Positions 1-9,308 of a stretch of DNA of 64,000 nt are shown here, piece after piece. Below the pieces are notes generated by a model. That model was not told where the DNA came from. It worked only from the letters and a program-made list of their open reading frames with translations, and ran no database searches. The first letter of the stretch is position 1, and every line of letters begins with the position of its first letter. The DNA is from a virus, in the UHGV virus genome UHGV-0326727; one strand, 5' to 3'. A program made the translations under genes and the position numbers.

Positions 1-47
1 CCAGTAGCTGAGAAATCGGTGTACCAGTTCAAGTCTGGTATCTTCCT
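1..47 (+). tRNA. tRNA, 3' portion only (5' part upstream of window); isotype undetermined
   Basis: T-arm ACCAG-TTCAAGT-CTGGT (23-39), acceptor 3' strand ATCTTCC (40-46), discriminator T47, genomic CCA 48-50; anticodon not resolvable from the truncated 5' part. Confidence 0.5.
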
Positions 48-54
48 CCAATTT

Positions 55-127
55 GAATCCGTGACAGAAATGGCTATGTACCTGTCTGCAAAACAGGTTT
101 ATAAGGGTTCGAGTCCCTTCGGATTCT
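55..127 (+). tRNA. tRNA-Cys (anticodon GCA)
   Basis: Perfect 7-bp acceptor stem GAATCCG/CGGATTC; anticodon stem CCTGT/ACAGG with loop CTGCAAA (U33, GCA, A37); T-arm AAGGG-TTCGAGT-CCCTT; 5-nt variable loop; discriminator U73 (typical of tRNA-Cys); genomic CCA at 128-130. Confidence 0.85.
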
Positions 128-167
128 CCAAGTTATTTTACTCTCTCTCAATTAAAATAATAATAAT

Positions 168-227
168 GCCCTGCTATAAGTATTCTTCCTTTCGCTACCG
201 AAGAGTATTTTTAGACAGGGCTTTTTT
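168..227 (+). terminator. Long composite hairpin followed by T6; putative terminator after the tRNA cluster
   Basis: Outer stem GCCCTG(168-173)/CAGGGC(216-221), inner stem TATTCTTC/GAAGAGTA, then TTTTTT 222-227. Confidence 0.45.
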
Positions 228-292
228 ACAGAGTTATACTTTATAAGAAGACTTATACAGTATGTCTCTGACGTACATTGTGGTTTCTCCTT

Positions 293-316
293 GACGGTCT
301 CTGTACCGTCTTTTTT
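293..316 (+). terminator. Rho-independent terminator-like hairpin
   Basis: GACGGT-CTCTGT-ACCGTC followed by TTTTTT (311-316). Confidence 0.55.
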
Positions 317-352
317 AAGGAGAAACATGGTTAATTATTTGGAGAAAACATA

Positions 353-553
353 ATGAGCGAGACCGTTTATAAAGAACTTTATGAAGCTAATAAGAAGCTA
401 GAATTTATGCAGAACACTATCATGGCAATTGCAGACAGATTGTCTGTAGCAACAGGTATTGATATCAAAGAAGCCTCTATGGATGCACTTCTTGATGCTG
501 TTGATGCAAAGTTCGAAGTTAAGAAAGAAGAGACTGCTACAGACTCTGAATAA
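353..553 (+). CDS. Small protein (66 aa) immediately upstream of the large terminase; function unknown (possible DNA-binding/packaging accessory)
   Basis: ORF with GGAG-like RBS upstream; position before terL; no recognisable motif. Confidence 0.4.
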   Translation: MSETVYKELYEANKKLEFMQNTIMAIADRLSVATGIDIKEASMDALLDAVDAKFEVKKEETATDSE

Positions 554-559
554 TTCTAT

Positions 560-2176
560 TTGCGGAGGTGCTTAATGGACTTAAATGCTGTTAAGCAGAA
601 GCGAGTGGAAGATGTTAGGAAAGTCCTAGCTGGAGAGTTGGGGCTTTCTGATGAAGTAAAAGAAATTATCAAATCATTCGGTAAAGACCCCTCTAAATTC
701 CTTCCAACTCAAATTCTGACTTTATTAAGATACACACCAGACCAAGTTAGACTTATCTTCAAATTGATGACTGATAAGAACTATGTAGCCCCTCAGCCGG
801 GTTCTCAAGAGGTGTTTTTAAATACTAATGCTGACTTGGTTCTCTATGGTGGTGCTGCTGGTGCTGGTAAAACTGCTGCATTGTTAATGGACTCTTTAAG
901 GTTTATTGAAGACCCTAACTATAATGCTGTATATTTCCGTCGAAATACAACACAGTTACAAGGTGGTTTATGGCCTGCTGCAAAGAAACTATTTGGTAAG
1001 TTTGGTGGGGTTCCGCACGAGCAGAAGATGACTATCACATTCCCTTCTGGGGCAACTATCAAGTTCACCTACCTAGAACTTGAAAAGCACGCTGAAGGTC
1101 ATCAGGGTATTGAATACTCAGCTATCTATTTTGACGAAGGTACACACTTCTCTGCTTCACAGATTTCATACCTACAGACCCGTCTACGTTCTGGTGCTGA
1201 AGGTGACTCATACATGAAGATTTCTATGAACCCAGATAGAGACCACTTCATTTATGATTGGGTAGAACCATTCTTAGATGAAGAAGGTTACCCAGACCCT
1301 GAGAAGTGCGGTCGTATTCGTTGGTATGTTATGAATGATGGTGTGATGGTTTCTGATTGGGAGAGAGACAAGATTCTTGAAATGTTCCCTCTTGAGATTC
1401 CTCAGACATACACCTTCATCTCTGGTACGATTGATGATAACCCAATTCTTGACTTCTTAGAACCTAAATATCGTGGTAAGCTGGAAAACAACACACCTGT
1501 AAACGTTGCAAGACTTCGTTTCGGTAACTGGAAGGCTCGTGCAGAAGGTTCAAACTATTGGCAAAGACAATGGTGTGAGATTGTTGATTCACTCCCAGAG
1601 GATGTGTTTGATGTCAGAGCATGGGACTTAGCAGCGACTTTACCATCTGAGATTAACCCTAATCCAGACTGGACAGCGGGTGTTAAGATGGGTAAATCTA
1701 AAAAAGACGGTTGCTATTATATCATTGATGTAGTAAGATTTAGAGATAGACCCTCTGGAGTCGAAACACAAATTAATTTGACTGCTGAAAGTGACGGTAA
1801 GCGAACTGGTATTTTTATCCCTCAAGACCCAGGCGCTGCTGGTAAATCCTATGCAACATCCCTCATCAGGAAACTTGCCGAGAAAGGTTATCGCGCAAGA
1901 GCTAAACCAACAAATAAAGATAAAGTTACCCGCTTTGCGGGATTTTCTGCTGCTTCTGAAGCTGGACTTGTAAAAGTCTTGAGAGGTAGTTGGAACGAAG
2001 CTTACTTTCAAGAACTTGAAGGTTTTTGTGGTGATGGTAAAACTAAAGATGACCAAGTGGATGCTACCAGTGATGCTTTCAACAGTCTTAATGAAGTTAA
2101 ATTATTCAAGCCACCATCAATGGGTGCTCACACAGACTTAGTGAGAGGAAACCCATATGAGGGGCTTAGACGTTGA
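560..2176 (+). CDS. terL: Terminase large subunit
   Basis: 538 aa; Walker A-like LVLYGGAAGAGKTAA near N-terminus; Walker B-like IYFDEGTHF; C-terminal nuclease-like region with acidic residues; first gene of the structural operon. Confidence 0.88.
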   Translation: MRRCLMDLNAVKQKRVEDVRKVLAGELGLSDEVKEIIKSFGKDPSKFLPTQILTLLRYTPDQVRLIFKLMTDKNYVAPQPGSQEVFLNTNADLVLYGGAAGAGKTAALLMDSLRFIEDPNYNAVYFRRNTTQLQGGLWPAAKKLFGKFGGVPHEQKMTITFPSGATIKFTYLELEKHAEGHQGIEYSAIYFDEGTHFSASQISYLQTRLRSGAEGDSYMKISMNPDRDHFIYDWVEPFLDEEGYPDPEKCGRIRWYVMNDGVMVSDWERDKILEMFPLEIPQTYTFISGTIDDNPILDFLEPKYRGKLENNTPVNVARLRFGNWKARAEGSNYWQRQWCEIVDSLPEDVFDVRAWDLAATLPSEINPNPDWTAGVKMGKSKKDGCYYIIDVVRFRDRPSGVETQINLTAESDGKRTGIFIPQDPGAAGKSYATSLIRKLAEKGYRARAKPTNKDKVTRFAGFSAASEAGLVKVLRGSWNEAYFQELEGFCGDGKTKDDQVDATSDAFNSLNEVKLFKPPSMGAHTDLVRGNPYEGLRR

Positions 2177-2183
2177 TAGCTAG

Positions 2184-3659
2184 GTGAGAAGAATGGCAGA
2201 TATTACAGAAACACAAGAAAGCTTACCACCATTTAGAATGGGTGAAGTAGGTTCTTTGGGTCTGAAGGTTAAGAATGGTAGAATCTATGAAGAACCTCGT
2301 CAGGCACTAAGGTTCCCTGAAAGTATTAAAACTTTCCAATTAATGATGCGTGACCCTGCTGTAGCAGCATCTGTAAATATTATTAAGATGTTTGTCAGAA
2401 AAGTCAACTGGAGGTTCGTACCTCCAAAGGGAAAAGAGCAAGACCCTAAAATGCTTGAAAGAGCAGACTTCTTTAATTCTTTAATGGATGACATGGAGCA
2501 TGATTGGGCAGATTTTATTAACTCTGTAATGTCATTCTGCACTTATGGGTTCTGTGTTAACGAAAAGGTTTATAAGAAACGTCAGGGTAAAAAAGGAAAG
2601 TATCAGTCAAAATTTGATGATGGTCTAATTGGGTGGGCTAAATTACCAATCAGAAATCAATCAACACTTGATAAGTGGTATTTTGACGAAGACTTTAGAA
2701 AAGTTACTGGTGTTAGACAAAATCTAAGAAATGTTTCACATATTGCTGGAGCAATTAATCTTGGAGAAAGACCACTAACAAGAAAACTTCCACGAGCTAA
2801 ATTCATGCTGTTTAAGTATGATGATGAGTATGGTAACCCAGAAGGTCGTTCACCATTACTTAATGCTTATGTACCGTGGAAGTATAAAGTACAGATTGAA
2901 GAGTATGAAGCTGTTGGTGTTTCAAGAGACTTAGTAGGTATGCCAAAAATTGGTTTACCACCAGATTATCTGGATGAAAATGCAGAACCTGAAAAGAAAG
3001 CTTTCGTACAATACTGCAAAACTGTTGTTAATGATATGATTGCTAATGACAGAGCAGGTTTAATCTGGCCTAGATATATCGACCCAGAAACTAAAGAGGA
3101 TATCTTTGAGTTCTCATTAGTTTCTAGACAGGGTGCTAAAGCATATGACACAGGCTCTATTATTGACAGATATTCCAAGCAAATTATGATGGCATTTATG
3201 TCAGATGTTCTTGCTATGGGTCAGTCAAAATACGGTTCATTCTCTCTTGCAGATTCTAAGACAAGCTTATTAGCAATGTCAGTAGATATTCTGCTGAAGC
3301 AAATTAAGAACGTAATTAACCGTGACTTAGTTGCACAGACTTATGCTCTTAATATGTGGGATGATGAAGAACATGTACAAATCACATATGATGATATCGA
3401 AACTCCAGACCTTGAAGCAATTGGTTCTTATATTCAGAAGACTGTTGCAGTAGGTGCTTTGGAAGTTGACAAAGAGCTATCTAATAAACTTAGAGAGCAT
3501 ATTGGTCTTCCTCCTGCTGATGAGTCTCAGCCAGTATCTGAAAAGCTTTCTCCAAATAGCCAAAGCCGTTCAGGAGATGGTTATAAGACCGCTGGAGAAG
3601 GTACTGCAAAGACACCTTCAGCGAAAGACCCAAGCACAGCAAATAAGGCAAATAAATAA
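2184..3659 (+). CDS. Portal protein
   Basis: 491 aa, directly downstream of terL in the canonical terminase-portal-protease-capsid order; acidic, Ser/Lys-rich C-terminal tail. Confidence 0.75.
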   Translation: MRRMADITETQESLPPFRMGEVGSLGLKVKNGRIYEEPRQALRFPESIKTFQLMMRDPAVAASVNIIKMFVRKVNWRFVPPKGKEQDPKMLERADFFNSLMDDMEHDWADFINSVMSFCTYGFCVNEKVYKKRQGKKGKYQSKFDDGLIGWAKLPIRNQSTLDKWYFDEDFRKVTGVRQNLRNVSHIAGAINLGERPLTRKLPRAKFMLFKYDDEYGNPEGRSPLLNAYVPWKYKVQIEEYEAVGVSRDLVGMPKIGLPPDYLDENAEPEKKAFVQYCKTVVNDMIANDRAGLIWPRYIDPETKEDIFEFSLVSRQGAKAYDTGSIIDRYSKQIMMAFMSDVLAMGQSKYGSFSLADSKTSLLAMSVDILLKQIKNVINRDLVAQTYALNMWDDEEHVQITYDDIETPDLEAIGSYIQKTVAVGALEVDKELSNKLREHIGLPPADESQPVSEKLSPNSQSRSGDGYKTAGEGTAKTPSAKDPSTANKANK

Positions 3660-4159
3660 TGGCTGAAGTTATCTCTATTTCAAATGCTACACGAGTGCAT
3701 TCGTATAGAGGTGTCCTTATCATTACTGATAAGCTATCTGTAGAGGCTGGCTCAAGGGTCAGCCTTTCAGGTTATGTTAGTGATGGTGGAATCTCTGACG
3801 TTTTCACTATTTGTAGGTTACTTGATGCACCAATGAGTGGAAAACCGTTTATTTCAGGAAATTGTAGTGAAATTGTTAAAATTCCATTTGACAGTTCATG
3901 CCTTTTGGGTGTAAAGTTATATAACTGCGAGAATAAACGTATCAATGTTAATAGCATTGAAGCCGCTTTCATTACCCTCGACACTGCATTTCAATCTCCA
4001 ATGACAGTTAATAAAGAAACAAACAGACTTGAATACATTTTTTCACAAAATGATTACAAAGTACTTGTCAAAGGTAAAGTATATGATATGATTGTAAATG
4101 TGGTAGATGAATCTGGTAACCATTCAACAGTCCTTAAACAAAAAGTAAGGTTTAATTAA
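3659..4159 (+). CDS. Hypothetical protein (166 aa) between portal and protease
   Basis: Start overlaps portal stop; no recognisable motif. Confidence 0.4.
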   Translation: MAEVISISNATRVHSYRGVLIITDKLSVEAGSRVSLSGYVSDGGISDVFTICRLLDAPMSGKPFISGNCSEIVKIPFDSSCLLGVKLYNCENKRINVNSIEAAFITLDTAFQSPMTVNKETNRLEYIFSQNDYKVLVKGKVYDMIVNVVDESGNHSTVLKQKVRFN

Positions 4160-4491
4160 TGGGAACATTAACTATTGATGGTAAGAATAAAATCCTCGCC
4201 ACGCTAACCCCAACGACTATTATTTTACACAATGTAGACCCAACGGCAGACCCTACAGCAAATAAGGTTACTCAGCCAGTGGCTATTTATTTTTCTGAAC
4301 CGGATAATGGCTTAATTGCCTCAGAAGACACAGTTAATATTACTGTTCCAGCTTCTGCAACGGTCTCACACTATAGCTTGTGGGATGCTAACGATAAATG
4401 CGTGGCAACTGGTGCTCTTAGCAAACCTCAATTCTTTGCTGAAGAAGGTATCTATGTTATCTCTTCAGTCTCTGTAGATTTAAACAAATAG
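4159..4491 (+). CDS. Hypothetical protein (110 aa)
   Basis: Start overlaps upstream stop; no motif. Confidence 0.4.
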   Translation: MGTLTIDGKNKILATLTPTTIILHNVDPTADPTANKVTQPVAIYFSEPDNGLIASEDTVNITVPASATVSHYSLWDANDKCVATGALSKPQFFAEEGIYVISSVSVDLNK

Positions 4492-4502
4492 GGTGAGTAA
4501 AA

Positions 4503-5849
4503 ATGAGTTCGAATATCTTCAGACTTGCTGATAGATTATTCAACCAACCTTTACTAGCCACTGAATCATTAGCTCACTCAGCAGCAACTTATGTGAATAA
4601 CAGATTGCTGGGTGATGTCCAAGCAGCAGTAAACTTTGATAAACCCAAAGGTGATGCAAGAAGTCTTTTAAAAGTAAAAGATGACATTGCTATTATCCCT
4701 ATTATGGGTGGTTTAACTCATCGTATGACATTCATTGATGCAATGTGTACAGGTGGTTTAAGCTCTTATGAAGGTTTACGCAGAGGCTTTGACGAAGCTT
4801 TAGCAGATGAGTCAATCAAGACTATTGTTCTGCATATTGATTCTGGTGGTGGTGAAGCTTCAGGTTGCTTTGAATTAGCACGTCACATTATGGCTTCAAG
4901 AGGCCAAAAGAAAATTATTGCTTATGTAGATGAGTTCGCTTGTTCCGCTGCATATGCCCTTGCATCTTCTGCTGAAGAAATTATTGCATCACCAGATGCA
5001 GATGTTGGTTCTATTGGTGTAATCATGGTTCATCAGGAATTAACTAAGGCATTTGAAAAGAATGGCGTAACAATTAACGTCATCAAAGCTGGTGAGTTTA
5101 AAGGTATGGGTTCACCATTCCAAGCACTTTCAGAAGAAAGCAAAGAAAGACTTCAAAAGAGAATTAATGATACCTACGCAACTTTTACAGGTTTTGTAGC
5201 TGAATCTCGTAATCTCTCTGAAGAAGCTGTAAAGAATACTGAGGCGAATGTTTATTCTGCTCAGGAAGCTCTTGAACTTGGTTTAATTAACTCAATCATG
5301 TCTCAAGATGATTTCTTAAATTACTTACAAGGTTCTGAAGAGGCTCCTGTAAGTTTAAACGTTAACAATTCAGGTGAAGAAATGACTGAACAAGAAAAGC
5401 AAGAACTAGAAGCTTTGCGTCTTCAGGTTGCTCAAATGAAAGCTAAAGAACAGGAAGCTGCTTTGTCAGATTTGACTAATAAGATTTCTGCTTCTGCTGA
5501 AGCTTTTGGATTTGATGCAAAAGAAGCTGCAACGACTATTTTAGGTGCTGGTCTTGATAACCCTCTGAGCGTTCTGTTTATGAATGCTATGGAAGGTGCT
5601 AACCAGAAACTTAATGAAACTATCGCGTCCCATGCTTCTGCAATGGAAGAAAAAGAATCAGAAATTACCAAGCTGAAAGAAACTGCTGGTGCTGTTCTTG
5701 AACATTCCAACGCTATGGAAGAAGTGGGTAATGACGGCGAAGCTGATTTGGTTGAAGAAGAAAAAGAACCAGCTAAGAATGCTTCCGAAGACACCGCTGA
5801 ACAACGCAAACTGGCTCTCCAGAATGCTCTAAAATCTCTTATCAAATAA
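4503..5849 (+). CDS. Prohead protease (S49/ClpP-like serine peptidase) fused to a C-terminal coiled-coil, scaffold-like domain
   Basis: N-terminal half has SppA/ClpP-like signature (IIPIMGG..., HIDSGGGEASG, FACSAAYALAS, GSIGVIM); C-terminal ~170 aa are Ala/Glu/Lys-rich with heptad character. Confidence 0.78.
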   Translation: MSSNIFRLADRLFNQPLLATESLAHSAATYVNNRLLGDVQAAVNFDKPKGDARSLLKVKDDIAIIPIMGGLTHRMTFIDAMCTGGLSSYEGLRRGFDEALADESIKTIVLHIDSGGGEASGCFELARHIMASRGQKKIIAYVDEFACSAAYALASSAEEIIASPDADVGSIGVIMVHQELTKAFEKNGVTINVIKAGEFKGMGSPFQALSEESKERLQKRINDTYATFTGFVAESRNLSEEAVKNTEANVYSAQEALELGLINSIMSQDDFLNYLQGSEEAPVSLNVNNSGEEMTEQEKQELEALRLQVAQMKAKEQEAALSDLTNKISASAEAFGFDAKEAATTILGAGLDNPLSVLFMNAMEGANQKLNETIASHASAMEEKESEITKLKETAGAVLEHSNAMEEVGNDGEADLVEEEKEPAKNASEDTAEQRKLALQNALKSLIK

Positions 5850-5860
5850 GGAACACAACA

Positions 5861-6238
5861 ATGGCATATCAAGGTTTTACTAAGTTAGGTAAAAGAGAAC
5901 CTCTGAATGATATCATTCTTTGGGAACAGGTTACCCCAACAGGCCACTCTCGTAAAGAGTACACTCCAGTTGCTTCAACAGAATACCGTGTAGGTGAAGT
6001 TCTGAAAGCAGATGGTACTAAGGTACAAGCTGGGGAAGAAACTCAGGCTGATTCTGTATGTATCGTTAACTTTTATGCAGACCTGCAACTGTCTTACCAC
6101 GGTCAGTTGAAAGTTGTTGGTATTTACCGTGATGCAGAATTAAAAGACATGCTAACTCTTGAATCAAGCGTCGATGCTGATGCAGTCAAGAAAGCTCTGG
6201 CTGCTAAAGGTATTGATTTCGTACCAACTGGCCTGTAA
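5861..6238 (+). CDS. Hypothetical head protein (125 aa), possible decoration/accessory capsid protein
   Basis: Located between protease and major capsid gene; highly expressed-type codon usage. Confidence 0.4.
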   Translation: MAYQGFTKLGKREPLNDIILWEQVTPTGHSRKEYTPVASTEYRVGEVLKADGTKVQAGEETQADSVCIVNFYADLQLSYHGQLKVVGIYRDAELKDMLTLESSVDADAVKKALAAKGIDFVPTGL

Positions 6239-6271
6239 TAACAATAATAAGACATTCTGGAGAATTTTACA

Positions 6272-7384
6272 ATGTTGACTAATTCTGAAAAAAGCAGATT
6301 TTTCCTTGCTGACCTGACTGGTGAAGTCCAGTCTATCCCAAATACTTATGGGTATATTTCCAACTTAGGTCTGTTCCGTTCAGCACCAATCACCCAAACT
6401 ACTTTCCTTATGGACTTGACTGATTGGGATGTTAGCTTGCTTGATGCGGTAGACCGTGATAGCCGTAAAGCAGAGACTAGCGCACCTGAGCGTGTTCGTC
6501 AAATCAGCTTCCCAATGATGTACTTCAAAGAAGTTGAAAGCATCACTCCTGATGAAATTCAGGGTGTACGTCAGCCAGGCACTGCAAACGAGCTTACTAC
6601 TGAAGCTGTAGTACGTGCTAAGAAGCTGATGAAGATTCGTACCAAGTTCGATATTACTCGTGAGTTCCTGTTTATGCAAGCTCTGAAGGGTAAAGTTGTT
6701 GATGCTCGTGGTACTCTGTACGCTGACCTGTACAAGCAGTTCGACGTTGAGAAGAAGACTATTCACTTCGACCTTGACAATCCTAATGCTGACATCGACG
6801 CTGCTATTGAAGAACTGCGTATGCACATGGAAGACGAAGCTAAGACTGGCACTGTAATCAACGGTGAAGAAATTCACGTAGTCGTTGACCGTGTATTCTT
6901 CAGCAAACTGGTTAAGCATCCTAAGATTCGTGACGCTTATCTTGCACAGCAGACTCCGCTGGCTTGGCAACAGATTACTGGTTCTCTGAGAACTGGTGGT
7001 ACTGACGGCGTTCAGGCTCACATGAACACTTTCTACTACGGTGGTGTTAAGTTTGTCCAGTACAACGGTAAGTTCAAGGACAAGCGTGGTAAGGTTCACA
7101 CTCTGGTTAGCATTGATGGTGTTACTCAGGATGGAACTGTAGGTGTAGGACACGCTTTCCCTAACGTTGCTATGCTGGGTGAAGCAAACAACATCTTCGA
7201 AGTGGCATATGGTCCATGTCCTAAGATGGGTTATGCAAATACACTTGGTCAGGAACTGTACGTATTCGAATACGAAAAAGACCGTGACGAAGGTATCGAC
7301 TTTGAAGCTCACTCTTACATGCTGCCATACTGTACTCGTCCTCAGTTGCTGGTAGATGTTCGTTCTGACGCTAAAGGTGGCTGA
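6272..7384 (+). CDS. Major capsid protein
   Basis: 370 aa, immediately after protease/scaffold; strongly biased codon usage (CGT/CTG/GGT/AAG) typical of the most highly expressed virion gene. Confidence 0.75.
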   Translation: MLTNSEKSRFFLADLTGEVQSIPNTYGYISNLGLFRSAPITQTTFLMDLTDWDVSLLDAVDRDSRKAETSAPERVRQISFPMMYFKEVESITPDEIQGVRQPGTANELTTEAVVRAKKLMKIRTKFDITREFLFMQALKGKVVDARGTLYADLYKQFDVEKKTIHFDLDNPNADIDAAIEELRMHMEDEAKTGTVINGEEIHVVVDRVFFSKLVKHPKIRDAYLAQQTPLAWQQITGSLRTGGTDGVQAHMNTFYYGGVKFVQYNGKFKDKRGKVHTLVSIDGVTQDGTVGVGHAFPNVAMLGEANNIFEVAYGPCPKMGYANTLGQELYVFEYEKDRDEGIDFEAHSYMLPYCTRPQLLVDVRSDAKGG

Positions 7385-7404
7385 TAAACTTAGGAGGGTT
7401 ATGA

Positions 7405-7854
7405 ATGTGTTATACAGGCGACCCAGCCAATAACCCTCTTGATAGAGTAAGAATCCTCTGCACAGACACCAATAATGATGAAATTCTTATTGAGCAGTCT
7501 GTGCTAGAGTGGTTCTATCTAGAATCTGGAAAGGATGAAAAGAAAGCAGCCATCAAAGCTCTTAAATATTTACTCTTTCAAGTAGCCAAGATGGGAGATG
7601 AGAAGGTTGGTGGTGTTTATTTACGTAACTCTTCCAGATTCAAATCTCTGAAAGCTGTTTATGATGACCTTGTTAAAAGCTCTGTTTCAGGACTGCCCTA
7701 TGCAGGTGGTATTAATCAGTGCGATATTGACATGCGTCGTCAGAATCCTTGCTCTGTCAAGAAATACACAGAATATGGTGATGCTGCCAGATACGAAGGC
7801 AGAGATTACTGCAACCGTGTTAATGGCGTATTTATTATCGAGCGAGATGAATAA
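7405..7854 (+). CDS. Hypothetical head-tail joining protein (149 aa)
   Basis: Position downstream of capsid gene; no motif. Confidence 0.35.
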   Translation: MCYTGDPANNPLDRVRILCTDTNNDEILIEQSVLEWFYLESGKDEKKAAIKALKYLLFQVAKMGDEKVGGVYLRNSSRFKSLKAVYDDLVKSSVSGLPYAGGINQCDIDMRRQNPCSVKKYTEYGDAARYEGRDYCNRVNGVFIIERDE

Positions 7855-8336
7855 TGGTTAAAAGGGTTATTCACCCCGCTAGAGCAAAATTAGTCGGGGC
7901 TATGAAGAACTTGCAAACGGCTAATGCTCAAGTTGGGTATTTTCAAGAACAAGGTCAACATAGCTCTGGTTTTTCTTATCCTGCTTTAATGTATTTACAA
8001 GAAGTTATTGGGGTTCCTTCAGCTTCTGGTAAAGTATATCGTAGGTTGTTTGAAATCACTATGATGCTAAACAGACAGACCTTGTTAGAGCAGACTAAGA
8101 AGAATCTATATAAGCAACTTAGCAGTCTCAACACAGACCCTTCAAATACCTTAGAAGCATTTGCAAAGAATGCTCAGAAGGCAATTAAAAGAGGTTTTGG
8201 TAATTCTGCTATACTCCCTCCTAACGCACCTTCCACAGTCAAGAAAAAAGGCTTTAATGCACCTCTTGTTGAGACAGGTGACTTAAGAGATAACCTTGCT
8301 TATAAAATTTCTACTAAGAAGGGTATTAAAAAATGA
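7854..8336 (+). CDS. Hypothetical head-completion/adaptor protein (160 aa)
   Basis: Overlapping start/stop with neighbours in structural operon. Confidence 0.35.
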   Translation: MVKRVIHPARAKLVGAMKNLQTANAQVGYFQEQGQHSSGFSYPALMYLQEVIGVPSASGKVYRRLFEITMMLNRQTLLEQTKKNLYKQLSSLNTDPSNTLEAFAKNAQKAIKRGFGNSAILPPNAPSTVKKKGFNAPLVETGDLRDNLAYKISTKKGIKK

Positions 8337-8734
8337 GACTCTTAAACAGACACAGCTTTGTAGTAAAGCGTAAAGTCTCTGAAGACGGTTATTATAATGA
8401 TGATGGTGATTGGGTAGCTTCACAAGATATTGTAGAGGTTAACTGTAAAGGTAATATCCAGCCATATATCAAAGGTTCTGTAAAGAATGGTACACAGATT
8501 GCTTTACCGGAAGGTATTAGGCTTACCGATACAAGAATCCTGTATACCACATATAAACTTAGAACTTCAGATGATGTAGAGTGGAATGAGTCTGATATTG
8601 TTATGATTGATGGTCATGAGTATGAAGTATTTATGACTATGGATTGGTCACAGCAATTAGCCCATACGTCCCATTATGAATATATCATTATTAGAAGGGA
8701 TAAAATGAATGCAGTTAGAAACAGCAGAACTTGA
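8333..8734 (+). CDS. Hypothetical structural protein (133 aa)
   Basis: ATGA start/stop overlap with upstream gene. Confidence 0.35.
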   Translation: MRLLNRHSFVVKRKVSEDGYYNDDGDWVASQDIVEVNCKGNIQPYIKGSVKNGTQIALPEGIRLTDTRILYTTYKLRTSDDVEWNESDIVMIDGHEYEVFMTMDWSQQLAHTSHYEYIIIRRDKMNAVRNSRT

Positions 8735-9308
8735 AAAAGGTCTAGTTAGAGCCTTAGTGGATGTTATTGGTCACAGACTAGCTCGTGATAAAAATAATAG
8801 ACCAAATGTAATTAGAGCTTACCCTTCTGATAACTCAAATGACAAAGGTTTAAAACCTGACCAGCCATTTATTACCGTATATTGTCAAGATGCTGCAACA
8901 CCTTATGGTTGGGTTCTTGATAAGTTTGTTGAGGATGATGTAGTTTGCTACAGAATTGCTTTTCAGATTCCAGTATTAATTACGGTGAATGGTAAAGGTG
9001 CTCACAGTATTATGCTTGAGCTTAAACAACGATTAGAGATGAGTTCAGTCAGAGATTTAATTCTTGAAGAGACAGGAGCTACAGTTCTAGATACTGGAGC
9101 TATCCCAAATGACTATACTTATCTTAATACAGATTTCGAAAATTCTGCACCTCTTGTTGTAACTCTTGTAAAAAATTCAGTCCTGAAAGATGAACGTGGA
9201 AGTATTATTGAACGTGTCATTGTTGATGGTGAATTAGTTTACGAAGAAGGACAAGAGCCACCAGAATATACTATCCATCTAGATGTAGACTCCAAAGGGG
9301 TAAAATAA
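8709..9308 (+). CDS. Hypothetical tail-completion/neck protein (199 aa)
   Basis: Immediately precedes putative sheath gene. Confidence 0.35.
   Translation: MQLETAELEKGLVRALVDVIGHRLARDKNNRPNVIRAYPSDNSNDKGLKPDQPFITVYCQDAATPYGWVLDKFVEDDVVCYRIAFQIPVLITVNGKGAHSIMLELKQRLEMSSVRDLILEETGATVLDTGAIPNDYTYLNTDFENSAPLVVTLVKNSVLKDERGSIIERVIVDGELVYEEGQEPPEYTIHLDVDSKGVK

Noticed and set aside
19-246. 75-aa ORF at the window start
   Set aside because: It overlaps the tRNA-Cys gene (55-127) and the truncated tRNA (1-47) and has no RBS; it is almost certainly a non-coding read-through frame.
1640-2056. 138-aa antisense ORF (and 60-aa sense-offset ORF 1791..1973) inside the terminase gene
   Set aside because: Fully embedded in terL, which has clear ATPase motifs; low-complexity translation typical of spurious frames.
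6380-7312. 310-aa antisense ORF covering most of the major capsid gene
   Set aside because: Long antisense frames are expected opposite genes with strong codon bias; the sense gene fits the operon and has an RBS.
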